From Lama guanicoe (taxonomy: Eukaryota), in assembly GCA_013239625.1 (NCBI GenBank), contig MU053652.1, positions 1,054,001-1,118,000 of the forward strand: DNA of 64,000 nucleotides. The letters are read 5' to 3'. Numbering within the stretch: the first letter of the stretch is position 1; every line of letters begins with the position of its first letter. A program made the position numbers and the translations under genes. Positions 62,365 through 64,000 of the stretch are shown here, one piece after another. The notes beneath the pieces are model-generated. The model saw only the letters and a program-made list of their open reading frames with translations, ran no database searches and was not told the DNA's origin.

Positions 62365-62585
62365 CATAGAAAGATCATTTTTAAGGAAAAAGAATGGTCA
62401 ACAGTGCCAAATCTAAAAAGAAAATGAGTAATACTGGGACAAACATTGGCAACAGAGTCGTAGCTGGCCTTAATGAAAGCAACTTCAAGGGAGCAGTAGA
62501 AGCAGAAGGCAGAAATAAGTGCACGTAGAGTGAACGAGAAGTGAAAAAGTGAAGATTCTGAGTCTGGGTGACTCTTTCCAAAATA
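62365..62585 (-). mobile_element. LINE-2 fragment
   Basis: gaatggtcaacagtgccaaat..gactctttcca. Confidence 0.65.
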
Positions 62586-63021
62586 AGTCATCCTTCTTCA
62601 AAATCAGCCTCTTGGGATAGATGCTGTTTCCTCTGTTCTTATGGAGAAATTGAGGTTTATGCTCCTTAACCCAGGTCATGTGGTGCTAATTACAGAGCCA
62701 TTGTTTGAATCCAAGTCTGCCTGGCCCCCAAGCCTATTCTCTCTCAGGATACCATGACTTGTGTGAAGTCTTAGTTGGAAGAGAAGATGAAGGATATGAT
62801 TAGAAAACAGAAGTGACCAGGATGCCTTCTGAGGTGCATGTCCAGCCCACAGTTCCCACTCCTGAGAACTTCCTGTAGTCACAGGAGTGGATGGCGATCG
62901 CTATGTACCGCATGATCCTGGCATCCCGGCCATACCGAAGGAATTAGGTGAACAATCAGAGAACAATACTGATTGGATTGGAGTAGATCAAACACAAGCC
63001 TAAACTGGGAATTGTTAACAA

Positions 63022-63120
63022 AATTTTTGTTGATGTATGCACCTCTTTCTCAATTTACAATGTTGTGTCAGTTTCTGGTGTACAGCATAATGTTTCAGTC
63101 ATACACGTACATACATATAT
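63022..63120 (-). mobile_element. L1 3' terminal fragment
   Basis: tttacaatgttgtgtcagtttctggtgtacagcataat. Confidence 0.85.
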
Positions 63121-63169
63121 AAATCTTCCAGGAATTTTTATTAGAGCTACAAGACACTAGTACTTTGTT

Positions 63170-63507
63170 TCAGATGGCCGCTTGAACTGAGGATTAAAAT
63201 GGGTCGAGGCAGCCATATTTGTCCACGTGCACCTGGAGAGGCAGAGAAAGCTGATTAAGAGAGAAAGATGGACTAAAGAAGACAGAGAAGGAGCTAGAGA
63301 TGGGAAGAGGTGGGGAGAGGGAGAGAATGCAAAGTGACGGTGAGGACAGTGGGCTCCAGAGACAGAAAGGGACTGAGTGAGGCAGAAGAGGAGCTGCTTT
63401 GACTCGGATAGCTTTCCAGCTCTGGTTCTAGAACGTTTTAGCTGCACTTGTTCCTAACTGAGCTAGTTCGAGCGAGTTTCTGTTACTGCCAACCAAATAG
63501 TCTTGAA
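63170..63507 (+). mobile_element. Old MaLR LTR (MLT1I/J-like)
   Basis: ggcagccatattt...gagtttctgttactgccaaccaa. Confidence 0.6.
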
Positions 63508-64000
63508 GGAGGCAAGAAGGTAAAGAATTTAGTCACATCAAGGGAAGACTGATGGAGGTATGAAAGCTAAAGGATTACCTCCCATCACCATGCCACTGGG
63601 CCTGCTACTTATCAGCAAGTCATTGGACGGACTGCTTATCAACTGGCAGGTTCCAATTCCACTTCATAGAAAACAGTCTCCTGAGAAATTCATTTCTGAC
63701 CCCTCTTCCCAGGTGCTTTCCTCACTCTCTGACAAGGCCAAGAAGACTTCAGCACATGAAAGTTTTTGAAAAGGATATAATTGGAGCATCTGTAATCTAA
63801 AGTCAGCTATGGGCCCTTGAGGCCCTTCTGAAACTGCAATGACTTTTCCTTTCTTAAGAGGAACCTGTGAGGAGTCCCAGCCTGCTGTGCAATTGACAGC
63901 ATGAGCCATACTGCAATGCTTCCCAGTCTTTGAGGGCTGTATGTTTGCTCCCAAGTTCCCTTACTGCTCTTTGAGTTGGGTTTGGAGAACTTAGGGTTTC

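Noticed and set aside
1..64000. Prokaryotic-type systems (CRISPR arrays, operons) or an intact endogenous virus
   Set aside because: The sequence is mammalian; no regularly spaced direct repeats and no gag/pol/env frames were seen, only solo LTRs.

Overview
AT-rich, repeat-dense mammalian genomic DNA, most likely camelid: it carries tRNA-derived Vic-1-type SINEs and matching lineage-specific L1 3' ends. No intact protein-coding gene is evident, and most ORF-track entries are chance frames or L1 ORF2 remnants. The main discovery is an apparent decayed multi-exon gene on the minus strand (about 13476 to 2309, up to ~17 exons, roughly 850-900 codons). It has largely phase-compatible splice junctions, scattered stops and frameshifts, and a young L1 inserted into one exon; I cannot name it. 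Other notable items: a tail-less 5S rRNA retrocopy with a perfect TSD, a 110-bp L1 piece apparently copied locally from a neighbouring dead L1, tail-only micro-insertions, nested TEs, two solo ERV1 LTRs with 4-bp TSDs, CTCF-like motifs and candidate conserved non-coding blocks. Repeat family names come from recalled consensus similarity and need RepeatMasker/Dfam confirmation; many repeat boundaries are approximate.
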